A DNA stretch of 64,000 nt, taken from the NCBI GenBank assembly GCA_958009085.1, contig OY253668.1, forward strand, positions 806,001 through 870,000, in the 5' to 3' direction. This stretch comes from Protoeuglena noctilucae. Its lineage: Eukaryota. Below the pieces are notes generated by a model. That model had not been told where the DNA came from. It ran no database searches and saw only the letters and a list, made by a program, of their open reading frames with translations. This document shows, in pieces, positions 38,032-50,735 of the stretch. The position numbers were made by a program, and so were the translations under genes. Every line of letters begins with the position of its first letter. Position 1 is the stretch's first letter.

Positions 38032-40453
38032 ATGTTTTCGTGGGCTCGTCTCCCGGGCGCCCTCGCCGGCGCCCTCTTGGGCACGGCGGCATTGGCGCTC
38101 GCGGACGTGGAGGTCATTAAAGGCACCGTAGCCATGGCTCGTTACCCCGCAATCGCAGCGGAGTTCGGCCCGTCGATTCCCGTCGAAGGTGAGAGCCCCG
38201 CGGAAGCGGACACTGGCCGGGACACGAGCCAATCACGAGCGACCCTTTTGCCTCTCTTTGTGCCTCGCTAGGCGTCAGAGGCCGTCTGGTCGTGGCCGCG
38301 CCCCTTGATGCGTGTCGTCCACTCGACAGGGATGCCATGCGTTTGGACCCGAGCACGATCCCGCACTGGGTGGCGCTGGTGGCGGGCACGCGGGCCTGCA
38401 CCGCCGTATCGAAGGTCGCGGCGGCGGAGAAAGCGGGAGCCGACGCGGTCATCATCTTCAGTCCCGAGGACGCTTTGGAAGGCGAGCGCCTGGGTCGGAT
38501 ACGGACGGCACCGGGCACAGCACAATTTGCGTGCCAAGCATTGGGCGTGACAGCCCTGCGCTGCCCGGCCGCCCCCGTAGTGCTGTCGCGACAGCCCGGG
38601 GACCACCTCGACGTCTCCATCCCCGCCGTGTCGGTCGCGCTCTCCAGCGGCACGTCCCTGCAGGGCATCGTCGAGGGCGCCCCCGTGGACGTCGTCATCC
38701 ACAGCGCCGTCCTGCCCCTGCTGCTTCCCATGATATCGTCGGCACTCGCCGGCGTCGTGGCGGTCTTCGCCGTCCTCGCCCTTTGCCACGCGGCCCAGTC
38801 GGTGCGGGTGCGCCGTACGCCCTCGGGACGCGCCTTCCGCCTCCTCGTGGGGGAGGGGGAGGCGCTGGAGGTGGGGGTGAGTGGTGCGGGGGGGATGCAG
38901 GGAGACTCCAGTTCACATTGGGTGACTCTAGCAGACGAGCACTGCCTCGAGCACTGCCGCAGGACCTCGACCTGCTGCCGGTCGTGGTGTATCACCGGGA
39001 CGCGGCGCAGCTGCGACGATTCACGCACGACCTGGGCATCTGCGACGAGAGAGCCGGGAAGCGAGCGGGCGCCCCCAGCTGCTGCCTGCCGTCTCCCGCA
39101 CACCGGGGGGGCGGGCATGCCACAGGGGAGCCTTTGCACCCCGGCCATGCCCGCGCCCGGTCGGTGCCCGCGACTCTGGCGGAGGCGGGTGCGACGGCGC
39201 TCCCGGCGCTGGCGGGCGGGCCCGACAGCACCAGCGATGTGGCGCGGCGGCAGGGGGCCCGCGTGGGTGCGTGGCCCTGGCTGACGCGGCGCAAGCCCTC
39301 TCGGGAGTCAGCGGCGGCCGCCGGCGAGGGACCCGGTCCCGGCGTCAGCGCGCAGGACGCGGGTGCCGGCCGGGGTACGTGCTGCTGGGGCCCACGCGGC
39401 CGCCGGCAAGCACCGCCGATGGAGGCGCTCGGGCAGGAGACTCCGCTCATCCGGATGCAGTCGGAGTCGCCGAGCGACTGGGTCTCGGCGGGGAGCGCAG
39501 CGAGCGGGGCGGAGGCGGGGGGACTCGCGGGCCTGGGGCGGAGCCTGCTGTCGTCGTTATGCCAGGCGCTGCTGGAGGCGGGGGTGCAGCCGGGGCTGCG
39601 GGGAAGGGGCGACGGGGCGGGTGCTGCGGGGGGCCGCGGGGCGCTCGCGGATGTGGACATGACGGGGGGACCGTGGACGATGTCAGGTGACAGCAACTGC
39701 GCCGACGTGGAGCGATGTGTGTGGGTAGGCGCGCAGACCCCTGACATACCATGGGCTGTGCTCCTTGCGTGATTGCAGACGAGGGGGAGAGCGAAGGGTC
39801 GTTGGAGCGGTGGGCAGCCCCGCCGGCAGAGCCGGGGCCTGGGCCCTCAGCGCCGGCCGCAGAGGAGGCGGGCGGAGGCGGGGAGCGCCTGTCAGAGCAT
39901 GTGAGACGCGTGGGGCGCGAGGGGCAGGGGCTGGATGCTGGCCCCAGCGGGGCGGCGTTTGTGACGGGCAGCGACGACCTGCAGGCGCTGCTGGCGCACG
40001 GGGGCAGCACGGGCATGCTGTGCACCGTGTGCTTGGAGGAGTACCGCGACGGCGACCGCCTGCGGGTGCTCCCATGCGGGCACCTGTTCCATGCCTCGGT
40101 GAGGGCGCTGGGTAGCCATGCTCTTCTGCTGAGGCCGCGTGTTGCCATGGACGGCGTCGATCCGCGTCAGTCGGCGCTCGCAGTGCATCGACCAGTGGCT
40201 CTCGAACCGCCACGTGGACTGCCCCGTCTGCAAGGCGGACGTGAGGGCCGGCATCCACGGCAAGAGGCACAGCGTGCCCTTCCCCGTCGCCGCCGCCAAC
40301 ACCGTCGCCCTCGCCATCTCCGCCGTCCTCACGTGCGGCTTCTGCCCTCCCTCCCGTCGCCACGACTCAGTGTGGTTCCGGGCGCCCCCCTACGGTGACT
40401 TACTCGATGCGATGCGCTCCCATGTCATTGCAGCAAGCTCCTGTTCGGAGTAA
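38032..40453 (+). CDS. PA-TM-RING-H2 E3 ubiquitin ligase (RMR/RNF13-like), multi-exon
   Basis: Signal peptide, then AEFGPSIPVE|GVRGRLVVAAPLDAC, KVAAAEKAGADAVIIF and VSIPAVSV. TM ISSALAGVVAVFAVLALC. RING-H2 CTVCLEEYRDGDRLRVLPCGHLFHAS|CIDQWL...CPVCK. Confidence 0.92.
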
Positions 40454-40657
40454 CCACGGTCTCTCCATCCCCGCAGTGTCGCGGGCGGCCCTGCGAGAGC
40501 CCCTCTTGCCGCCCACGCTGCCCCTGCTGGCCTGAGCATGTGTCGCCGAGCAGGTACAGACGGTATGCATGTTTGCGCTCCCACGCGGGAATGGCTGCAC
40601 CTGCATTGCTTGGCTCCCCATGCGCTACACCCTCGAGCACTTCAACGCTGCCCGCCC

Positions 40658-42200
40658 TCACACGACGCCCGCCGCACCCAGCAGCTGCTCCACCTCGTCC
40701 ATCGACGGCTGCGAGTCGATGGCCCCCGCCCGGGTCGTGGTCAGCGCGCCGCACGCCGCCCCGAACGCCACCGCCCGCCGCAGCACCTTGGGGCTCAGCG
40801 CTGCCACCCCGCCCGCCAGCACCAGCCGAGACACGAACCCGGCCGTGAACGCATCGCCCGCCCCGGTCGTGTCCACCACGTGCACCTCGAACACCGGCTG
40901 GAACCCCGCCACGCCCCCGAAGCTGCGTGAGGGCGAGGGCGTTTCAGCGTTTGAGACACCATCTCAGGCAGCGTGTCCCGGCCGCGGGATGGGCACCCCC
41001 GCTGCCTCGCCCGAACGCCGCGCCCTTGTCGCCGGCCGTGACCAGGACGCCCTTGACCTCCTCGGCCCCGGCCTCCCGCAGCGTGCGCTCCACGTGGGCG
41101 GGGTCGTCCAGGGCTCTTTGGGGCGAGATGTCCAGGAGCCACTCGGCCTCCTCGTCCGTCATCTTGACGATGTCCGCGCGCCGCAGCAGGGGCAGGATGG
41201 TCGGGACGGCCGCCGAGGGGTCCTCCCAAAACACGGGGCGCCAGTTCACGTCCACCACCACCAGCTTCCCCGCGGCCTTGGCTGCGGCTCAGGGGTCAAG
41301 CGATCGAATCCGCTACCGGGGCCAACAGCGTGCTCGCGCTCAGGGGGAAGGGCTCGTGTACTGGGGTCCATGCCAGCCCCCACCTGCCTCGACCGCTGCC
41401 GTGACACCCTCGCGCGTGGTGGGCTGCGCCAGTCCGAGCGTGCCCACCACCGTCACCTCCGCCTCCTCCACCAGCCCGCGTGGAATGCGATCGGCCTCAA
41501 TGTAACTGCGGGACGAAGCGGTGAGGCCAGCAGAATGCAGCGACACCGTAACGTACATGCCTGCCACCTGTGAGCGGAGCGTCACGTGCCGCGGCTCCAG
41601 CCTCACCAGTCGGCGTATTCAGCCGTCGGCGACCCAAACCCAGCGAACACCCGGTCACCGTTGCTGTGGCGGACAACCAGCACGTCCCGCGTGGGCTGTG
41701 GGGACCGCTGCACCCCCGAGGTGTCGACCCCGCGCTTCTCCATCAGGCGCACCAGCTCATCGCCGAGCGCGTCGCTCCCTGCGCCGGAAACGGCGACGGA
41801 TGACGGTGGGCGGGACGGCCGCCGGGGGCATGCCGCAGGGTGCGGAGGGCATCACAGATCGATCGACCCCTCACCGATGCATGTGACGAGCGCCGCGGGG
41901 ACCCCCAGCTGCGTGCAGGCGGTCGCCACGTTCAGGGGTGCCCCTCCCGGATATGGCGTCCACGACTCGACCTTCTCTCGGGGGGCCCCAACTTGGTCCG
42001 CCAGGCAATCAAAGAGCGCCTCGCCGATGCACACGACACGGGGGCTCGAGCTGCGGTCGACGGGCGAGAAACGCTGGAATCCGTTGTAAGGATGGCAAGT
42101 GCTAGCAACTTGCGTGGCTCGCCGACGCCATGGCTCCTGGGGAGCCCTGTCATCCTCGGCCGCACACGCACAGCCCGGGAAAGTCGGGGAGACGGCGCAG
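40658..42200 (-). CDS. PfkB-family carbohydrate kinase (fructokinase-like); start not resolved
   Basis: VVCIGEALFD, PGGAPLNVA, VVDVNWRPVFW, ADIVKMTDEEA, LVTAGDKGA, anion hole VVDTTGAGDAFTAG and GALTTTRAGAIDSQP. Confidence 0.93.
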
Positions 42201-42967
42201 GCAGGGGCTCCGAGACGCTCTTCGCGACTTATACTGACTATATCGGCGACCGCGTCGGTTTTCGTCACGCCAGGCTCGCTGTGAACGGGGTACGGGCACG
42301 AGGGGCGCAGGGGTCTAGTTACGCCCCGGCCGGGGAGATGAGGCCATCGTGCGCTGTCGCGGACGCCCAGACGACCTCTCAGGTATCAGAAATCGTCATG
42401 GCATAGCGACTCGCCGAAATTAGCGACTCCGCTGCGGGTTCTCGCGGCGGGTGAAGAGGGCCCTAAACGTGCCTCGCAAAGCTACAGAAACGCTCGAGCC
42501 CCATCGCCCGAGACTCTCAGGCAGAAACGACACGGAAGTGCTGCGCAACCTTCGCGCGATCGCCCACAGTCCCTCGCGATTCGGGAGGCGCTGCTCCCGT
42601 GTCGTTCCCGCCCCCATGGCGCCCGCACGCAAGCCCACCTCGACAGCTTGCCCGCGCGAGCACGGCAGCGAGTGAGACTCCGTCGGGTAACGACGATCGG
42701 ATCCCTGCGCACCGCGAAACCCGCCCCGCAGGGAGGGGCAGCAGGGGCACGTGCAACCCTCACGGACATCGCGGGGCAGCGGGCGCGTTGCGCTCGTCGA
42801 GCAAGTTCTTTGGTGTAATCAGCGCCGATCGATGTCAAAAGCACAACGCGACGTTGAGCATTGCGCGCGGGAAAGCAATAAATTCTTCTGGCACGAACGC
42901 CAGAGCTGATTTGCATGCCATGGGGGCGATGAGAGGGCGTCACCGTGGACTTTGCATCGTGGGCGCC

Positions 42968-45155
42968 ATGCTGGGTGCACGCACCACTGCGCCGGCCCAC
43001 CAAGGCGCCGGCGGGGGGCGTCCCAAAGTATGGCAGCCGCGCGGAGGGCCGATTTATCCGCGCGGCCGGCCTCTTCCGCATCTGTGCGCGTCCCATACCT
43101 TCGCTCCAATCTCTACCGAGGTGGACAGCATCCTGACGAAGCTAGAAAGCTTGCCTGCGCCGCTCTGGGGGACGTTCTGTGGCGGAGCGGCCGGCGTGTG
43201 GGATGGGCGGTACGCGGCCTTCGACGCCGTGAAGGCGGATGCGCAGCCACTGGTGAGATCGGATCGCTGGGCGTCGCATCGGCTGGTAGGTCACATCGCA
43301 ACGATGACAGCAGTCTCGCACCCGCCTGGCAGGCCTTCGCGGAGGATGGAGACAAGCGTCGCAAGGTGCTGGACCTGGCGACGCGCTGCGTCGAGTCGCG
43401 GGGAACCACTTCCACGGGCCCGCTGCTGCGGCGGATGGTGGCCAAGGCGCTGAGCCCGGAACGGTGGGCGCTTGCCTGCGCAATGGGATGCGCCTGCGCT
43501 CTGCCGTGGCTGCCCTGAGCCAAGTTGTCAAGCCGACACCTGCTGGGGACCGCAGAGTCGTCGAGGTCACCGCACCGCTCCTGTCTCTGGACCTGCTTGC
43601 CGACGAGGAGGGCGTCGCCAGCGTGATAGGGCGAAGCGAGGGCAGCCTGCAGCTGGAGGACATGGGGCCGGACGAGCCGGGACTGGTGTGGTTCGAGGTG
43701 CGCCTGCGCGATGAGAGGTGCGCCTGGGCACTACGCTCGCGGCAGCTATGTTGATGACATTGACAGGGGCCTCCCCTCGCGCAGGACGGGTCGTTCTCAC
43801 GCGGCCCCATCAGCCTGGCTCCAGAGGAGGTGGGGGAAGACCAGGCGCAGCGAGGGGCGGCAGAGGGAGGGGCAGCAAGTATCCGCAGTGCTGGCGGGGA
43901 CGATGACGACGACGAGGACGAGGCAGGTGCGACAAGATGGGCGTGCTGCATGCATGCCGGTCGAGGACAGGCCGCAGCCGAGTTTAAAGTCTTGCAATGC
44001 AGGTCCCCTCCCAGCCACAGTGCAAGCGGCGCTGGAGGCCGAGCGCCTGGCGGGGGAGGAGCCGACGAAGGTGTTTATGATGGAGCTGTGCATCTGCCAG
44101 GGGGCCAAGAGCCGCGTCAGGCGAGGCGACGCGGCACATGCGCACACCGTGGCAGGCGCCCGTCTCTGCAATTACGCCAGGGAGGCCCTGGGCCACCCCG
44201 CCAGTGCACGGCTAGCGTCCCAGCAACCGCGGCTCACTCCGTCGCAGGCTGCAGTGCCTGGTGCGGTCGTGGTGGGACGACGAGGCGGGGGAGATGGCGG
44301 TGGAGCTGCTGCGGACGTCGCTGTTCGCGGAGACGTGGACGGGGTCCGCTGCCTCGGAGGCGCCGGAGGGGAGGCCCTGGGGCGGCGCGGAGGGGACGCC
44401 CCTGTCTGCGGCGAGCCGCCTGCGCATGGACGACGCCCGAGGCGCGTGGAGCGTCTTTGAGGTCGAGGCCACGCCCACCGCCAATGCCGACGCTGCGGCC
44501 GCCGGGGTGCAGCAAGCTGCGGTGCGGGGCCAGCTGCGTTACCTTTCTGTCTCCCCCTTCTTTCCATGTCGGTCCTTTGCTTTGACTGGCGGCCTGCAGC
44601 AAGCGAGGTGATGCTTGCCTCTCCCGTGCAGTTCAGCTACAGCTCCGTGGAGACGCGGCAGCTCTGGGGCGTCGGGGACCTCTCGGACTCCGCAGGGGAC
44701 CTCGAGGGGGTCTGCTTTGTGCTCCCGGGGCCGTGCTTCCTCAGGCGAGACGCGAAGCATTTTTGGAGTTACGAAGGAAGGAGCACCGGTGCTGGGTGGC
44801 TCATTGGGCCAGTGGGGTCTCATGATTAGCAGCAGACCTCTTGGACTGACTCCCCATGCAGTTTGGAGATGGTGGGGCCCAAGGCGAGGCCCACAGGATC
44901 CGATGCGAGGCAGCCACGGGGCCTTCTGCTCAAATTCGGATGGGAGATCTCTCGTGGACAGATGCGGTGGGTGCCAGAGGCGGCTGTCGTGTCAGAGTGA
45001 CGTGCTCAGGGCGCTCTCCACGGCGTCTACACTGGCGAGCACTGCTACTCGACGCTCGCAGGACCATGGAGCGCGTGTATGGGCCAGACGGGGAGCTTGT
45101 GGAGGTGCGGGCCGGTTCATGCGTCAAGGGCTCGTGGGTCGGAGGCCGCATGTAG
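42968..45155 (+). CDS. Conserved uncharacterised protein, DUF3598-like, probably plastid-targeted; multi-exon
   Basis: LWGTFCGGAAGVWDGRYAAFD, EPGLVWFE|DGSFSRGP, MELCICQGAKSRVR|LQ and C-terminal RTMERVYGPDGELVEVR. The family call is from memory of the pattern, and the start is uncertain. Confidence 0.55.
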
Positions 45156-45361
45156 GTTTCAAGGTTCGCATTCTGCCGTGAAGGGGCTCGCGGACATTGC
45201 CGTCTATGTCCACTCTGTGCATGCATTCGGGTCTTTCCACGCCCTGACGGTTCCCATCGGCTGTCAACTCAGACGAACGGCATACATCTTCGCACATGCA
45301 AGTCCTGGCAAACAAATCCTGGCAAGCGGCAGCATCCGTCACCGGCAGCGCCCGGCCTCCC

Positions 45362-48300
45362 TCACGAGGACGCCGCGCCTGGCAGGGACGACCCATACCC
45401 TGAATCTCCGCCAACCACCGACCCGGAACTCGAGAGGGCGGCGTCACGGTTGCGGACCACCTGCGCATCAGCACGCAACAGCGACGTGAAGTCGTCAAAC
45501 ATGTCAAATGTTCCGCATCCGCAAACAGCAGTCACCGCGCCAGTGGCTGTGCGCGCCCGCACCCGCTTGAGCCGTGGGTCCGCTTCCATGGCCCCCTGCA
45601 TGGCCCGCGACGCGCCGTCCGCAGCCCGCCGGTCCGATCCCTGGGGCGACACCCTCTGCGCACCCTGGCCGTCCGGCTGCGCCGCCGCGCCCTTTCGGCT
45701 GACGGCGTCCGCCAAGGCCATCAGCAGCGACGCCACCTCGTTGGAGCCCATGAGAAGGTAGCGGGCGGAGGAGCGCTGGCGCCCGACGGTGCACGTGAAC
45801 AGCGCGGGCGGTGGCAGGGCCAGGGGGATGGTGGGCGCGGGGGCGGCCTTGGCGTGATGGCTGTGGCGGTGGCCGTCGGACGAGGCAGGGGGCGACCGCT
45901 CCCGCATGCTCGTCCGCAGACGCTCCCCCGCCTCGAACATGCGCTGCTCGGCAGCCTGGGGTCGGCCGAGCGAGGGCAGGGTCGGGCAGCTCATTGGTGA
46001 CACGCCTCATAAGCAGCCTCAGCACAGCCGCAGCTGCGCCGCGCCGCGCTGCCCCCTGCGCACCTGCTCCTTGGAACTGCTCCGGTTCTCCGCGCCCCGC
46101 AGCGAGTGGTTCGCGCGATAGGTCGGGCCCTGAAGCGACACCCGCGACATGTACGTGCGGCCCCCGCCCACGGTGGTACCCGAGGGACTCGCTTCCCCAG
46201 CGCCCGACGGACCCGGCCGAATCAACACGGGCGCGGAGTCCCGCGGTAGCCCCTCGTATTCGTTTGACGTGGACCGCAGGGCCTGCGTCGGACCGGGAGG
46301 CGTTGGCTGCGGGGGCAAGAGGGCCAGATGAGGTGCGTGGGGGTGTCCCTGTGTGGGGCAAGCGCAAGCGCGAGCTTGTGCCGGAGCAGCCAGATGCCAT
46401 ATAACACGGTCAGCATGCCCACTCCAAGCCTCCGCCCCATCCATCCACCACGTCCGGTCACCTTGGCGGTCGCTGACCCGGGCGCTCCCGAGTCCCCCTG
46501 CATGCCAGCCAGGTTGGCACTGCTGGAGTTGGCCGAGGAGCCGTAGCCCTCCGGCGACTCCTCGTGGGGGTAGAGCTCCCGGTCCAGGGCGTCGCGCTCC
46601 GAGGGGAGGGGCTCCCCCGCGGGGCGCAGGGGTGGGTCCAAGGCCGCAGGCAGGGCCGCCTGGTCGGGGCCGTCCGCGGCGCCCCCCGGCACGGTCCCGG
46701 CGTCCGCGTCGACGGCGAGGGCAATCCCCACGGGCGGCGGCGGGGTGGGGTCGAGTGGCCGGCCGAAGACGAGGGGGTTGTTCTGTCCCTCGAAGAGCGT
46801 GAAGATGTCCTCGTCGCGGCCGAGGAAGTGGCCGATGCACGCGACGAAGTCGTAGCTCAGGTCCCTCACGCCGTTCATCTCGGCCATCAGGCGCAGGACC
46901 TGCGGAGAGGGCGAGCAGAGAGCGCGTGGGTGCGGGACGGTGCTCGTGCGTGCAGCGTGTCGCGGATGCCCATAAGGTGTAGGAGCGTGCCGGAGGGCGC
47001 ACCCTCGTCGTAGCATTCGAACACGTCATGTATAAGAGGCCCCTGTCTGCTTACCTTGGCCATGGATGCGCCCTTGGAGAGCCCCACGGGGCGGACCTCG
47101 ACGCTCTTGGCGCCCTGGATGATGTCCACGGGGGCGTTGGAGATGGGGCCCGTCCAGAGGTGCTGGAGGAGGTCCCGGGCCTGGGGGAGGACACGCGGGA
47201 GTGGCTCTGAACGCGGGCCTGCCCGGGCCGCATGCCCAAGTCTGTGGTGACTATGGATGGCATGCGAACGAAACATCATGAACACGCGTCGTGAGGTGCC
47301 CCCCTCCCTGGCGCTCTGCGAGCTGCCCCTCGCCTGCAGCCGCCCGAACTCCACGTCGGCGTACTTGTAGTTCCACACCAGCGACGTCTCCCGCGCCTCC
47401 ACGAACGACCGGGGCGTGCGCTCGCAAAAGTAGTCGAAGACGAGTTGCACCGACTCCATCCAGTCGAGGTTCACCTTGTCGACCATCTTGAGCCACTCCC
47501 GGTGGGCCACGCCGCCCACCAGCCCGGGCCTGCGCGGGGAGGGCCGGTAAGGGGCGTCGCGACACGCACAGCCGGACAGACCGATACCGTCACCAAGCTG
47601 CCCTGCATTAACACGAGCACTTGCCTGACGAACACCCCGTTCTCCGCCACCAGCCACACGGGCATATCCCCGAAGACTTCCTCCAGGCGCGCCCTGCCGG
47701 ACCCGGAGAAGATGACCAGCGTGGAGCTGGGGTCCTGGGACAGGCGGCGCAGGACGCTGTAGGCGCTCGGGTGCACCTTGGTCAGCGCGCGCATCTGGTC
47801 GAAGTGCCTGCGGGGGGCGAAAGAGGGGCACGCATTGTTGCTCACATGAGATTCACTGCACCACCACCGGGGCTAGCCCACCCCGGCCACCGCGCCATGC
47901 AAACCATCGCTGCGCCTTCCGCACCGCCACCCACCTCTTGGGCTGCCGGGGCGCGTCCACGGCGCACGTGAGCGCGGCGTTGAACCCCATGACCAGGAGG
48001 TGCCGCTCGGTGCGTGCAAACATGTCGGCGGCCTCGAGGATGTGTAGCCCGGGGGGCACGTTGATGCGCCTCAGCTGGTGCTCCACGTGGGTGTCGTTGA
48101 GCTCCGATATGAACGTCTCCGCCCACGTCTGGGCCGTGTGCGTGGTGACGTGGTTGAAGTTCTGCCTGCGCGCGGGGTCAGGCGAGGCGACCCCGTCGCT
48201 CTCCTGCTGAAGACCGCAGTCAGTAAGCCGAGCAAAGGCCCCGAGGGCATCGGCCCTGCCTCCGCCCCCGCCTCACCGGTGCCGCTCCTTGCGCTCCTGG

Positions 48301-50735
48301 TCAGACATGTTGAGGGCGTAATCAATGGCGCTGGCCATGTCGTTGACGTTCCAGGGGTTGACCAGGATGGCCCCGGCTCCCAGGGACTGCGCCGCCCCAG
48401 CGAACTCAGACAGGATGAGGACGCCGGCGTGGTTGCGCTGGCACGCGACGTACTCGAAGGACACGAGGTTCATGCCGTCGCGGAGGGACGTGACGAGCGC
48501 CACGTCCGTGACGGCGTAGAGCGCCACCAGCTCGTTGAACGACTGCGGGGATGCAGACGGTGGCGGCGGTGGCGGTGCGATGGCTGGAAGAGCATCGGAG
48601 AGCGCACGAGCGGCACACAGCCTGCGTGCTAGTGCCGGATAGCACAGCGTGCATGTGCGTTATCCGCCCCATCTCACCAGGGATCGGTCGAGGTGGTGGA
48701 TGGGGACGTGCGTGAGGGTGCCGAAGCGCCCGTTGATGCGCCCCACGATCTCGTGCACCGTCGACCGCAGCTTCTGGTACTCGGGGACCTCGGTGCGCGT
48801 CGGCACGGCGATCTGCACGAGGAGAACCTTGTCCCGCCACTGCGAGCACGCGCGCGGAGGGGGGGCAGCGTCGGCCAGGACGCCACGCCTGGCGCAGTCG
48901 AGCCACACCGCCACTTGCATCCCGAGACTCTGTCCGCGCCCCGGGCGCACCTCCGGGTGCTCCTCCAGACACTTCTCGACGGCCAGGAGCTTCTGCGGGA
49001 TGCCCTTGATCATGTCCAGCCGGTCCACGCCCAGCATGACCTTGCGCCCGGCAAAACGCCGCCGCAGCTCGTCGATGTGGACGCGCACCTCCTCGGCCTC
49101 CAGCGCGTGCATGAAACGGTCCGGGTCAATGCCGATTGGGAAGGCCGACACGCGGGTCTGCGGGCAGGCAGCGTGGTGTCTCCCGCTCGTGCCACGACCC
49201 AAGCGTGCGAAGCCAGGCATCGCTGATGGGGCGACCCACGCTGAGCGGCTCCTCTCAGCCATGCTCATCAGAAAATCCCTCACCAGGATCCCGTTGTCCT
49301 CCACGCCCTCCGGCGTCCCCTCGAGGCCCAAGATGCGCGTGCACGCGCTGACAAAGTGCCGTGCATAGTCGTACGTGTGGAAGCCCACCAGGTCGGATGC
49401 CTGCGTGTGGGAAGAGACCCGAGGGACGCAGTTCACAAGCAAGACCAGGACGCCGCGCAGGCGGAACACAAACGCACGGCAGGCGCGCGCGTTCGCCGCA
49501 GGCACGGCCAGCCCCTCACCAGCACCCCGCGCAGAATCTCCTCTCGCAGGGGCAGCGTGCGGTAGATTTCACTGGACGGGAAGGGCGTGTGCAGGAACCA
49601 CCCGACCTTCATGTTTGGCTTGGCGCGCTTGAGGATGCTCGGCAGCAGCATGACGTGGTAGTCCTGGCACCACACGATGTCGCCATCCTGGTAGTGCTCC
49701 AGCACGACGTCCGCAAAGGCCTGGTTGGCCGCCTTGTACGCCTCCCACTGGTTGCCCATGGTGCGCATGGCCGACAGCTCCGTGTCCATCGACTGCGGGG
49801 CACGGACAGGCGCAGTGTCGCATCCACGCGCCACTGCTGCCCGCCAGCACGCCCGCCTGCCGCCCGCCCAGGGCCTCTGTCGCGGCGGCACCCACCAGGG
49901 GCACGTAGTGGAAGAGGTTCCACAGGACCTGGTTGCAGAAGCCGTTGTAGTACTGGTCGAAGGTGAGCGTGTCGAGGAAGACGGGGACGTAGTCGGCCTT
50001 GCCCAGGGCGCGCGTCATGGAGGCGCGCTCCCGGCGGGACTCGATGTAGATGCCGGGCCAGCCAATCCACTTGGTCTGGAAGTTGCCCACCCCGAGGAGC
50101 GCCGAGACCAGGCCGCCCGCTGAGACCTGCGGAACGAGAGCGGAAGCGTCACAGGCGCGGCGGTCAGGCGAACCTCGCCGGCTGCTGCGCGCTGTTGCGA
50201 TGGCGTCGCGACGACGTTCTGATCACCTGCAACAGCCACTCGTTGTCCTCTCCGCGCCGGACGTGCACGGGCAGGCGGTTCGCAACGATGAGCAGGCGCT
50301 GCGACTTGCTCGGCGCGCTGGGCGCGAGGTCCGGCCCCATCCCTGGCGCTCCTGCGTGCATTGCCAACTCCCCGTCCTGGTAGAGAGTGGCGCTCGACTT
50401 GGTGCGCCGGAAGCGCTCTCGCAGCAGACGCTCCACTCGCGACGTGCTCGGCATGGGCTGCGCCGAATCCGCCGCCCCCGCTGTGTTGCGCGGCGGAGTC
50501 GTCGCCACGTCACGCTCATCGCCCACGTCGATGGAGCCGCGGCGGCTGCGGAACGGAGGCAGGGCAGGGCGATCAAGAAAGCCTGCGTGTGTGCCTCGAC
50601 CCGCGCCGCCCGCCTGAAACGCGGCGCGGGGGCTCGCCTGCCCTGCGTCGGTCCGTGCGCTTGAGTGGCACCGGGCAGGCGGTGCGCATACGCGGAGAGC
50701 TCGAGGAGCGACACGGAGGTCTTCATGCCCGACAT
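45362..50735 (-). CDS. TPS1: Class I trehalose-6-phosphate synthase (GT20 + TPP-like domain), about 18 exons
   Basis: SRVERLLRER N-terminal motif, RLLIVANRLP, SAGGLVSAL, WIGWPG, QDYH, WFLHTPFPSSEIYR, LGVDRLDMIKGIPQK and SLRDGMNLVSFE. TPP part with GFNAALT, LGRDEDIF and FTCTVGR. Termini are approximate. Confidence 0.97.

Noticed and set aside
47960..48010. TPP domain of TPS1 lacks the DxDxT catalytic motif (GFNAALT)
   Set aside because: This is normal for plant-type class I TPS1 and is not a sign of pseudogenisation.
34748..50735. Possible sugar-metabolism cluster (GH1, fructokinase, TPS1)
   Set aside because: The genes are interleaved with unrelated ones, with no shared motif or clear pathway link. 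Synteny or co-expression evidence would be needed.
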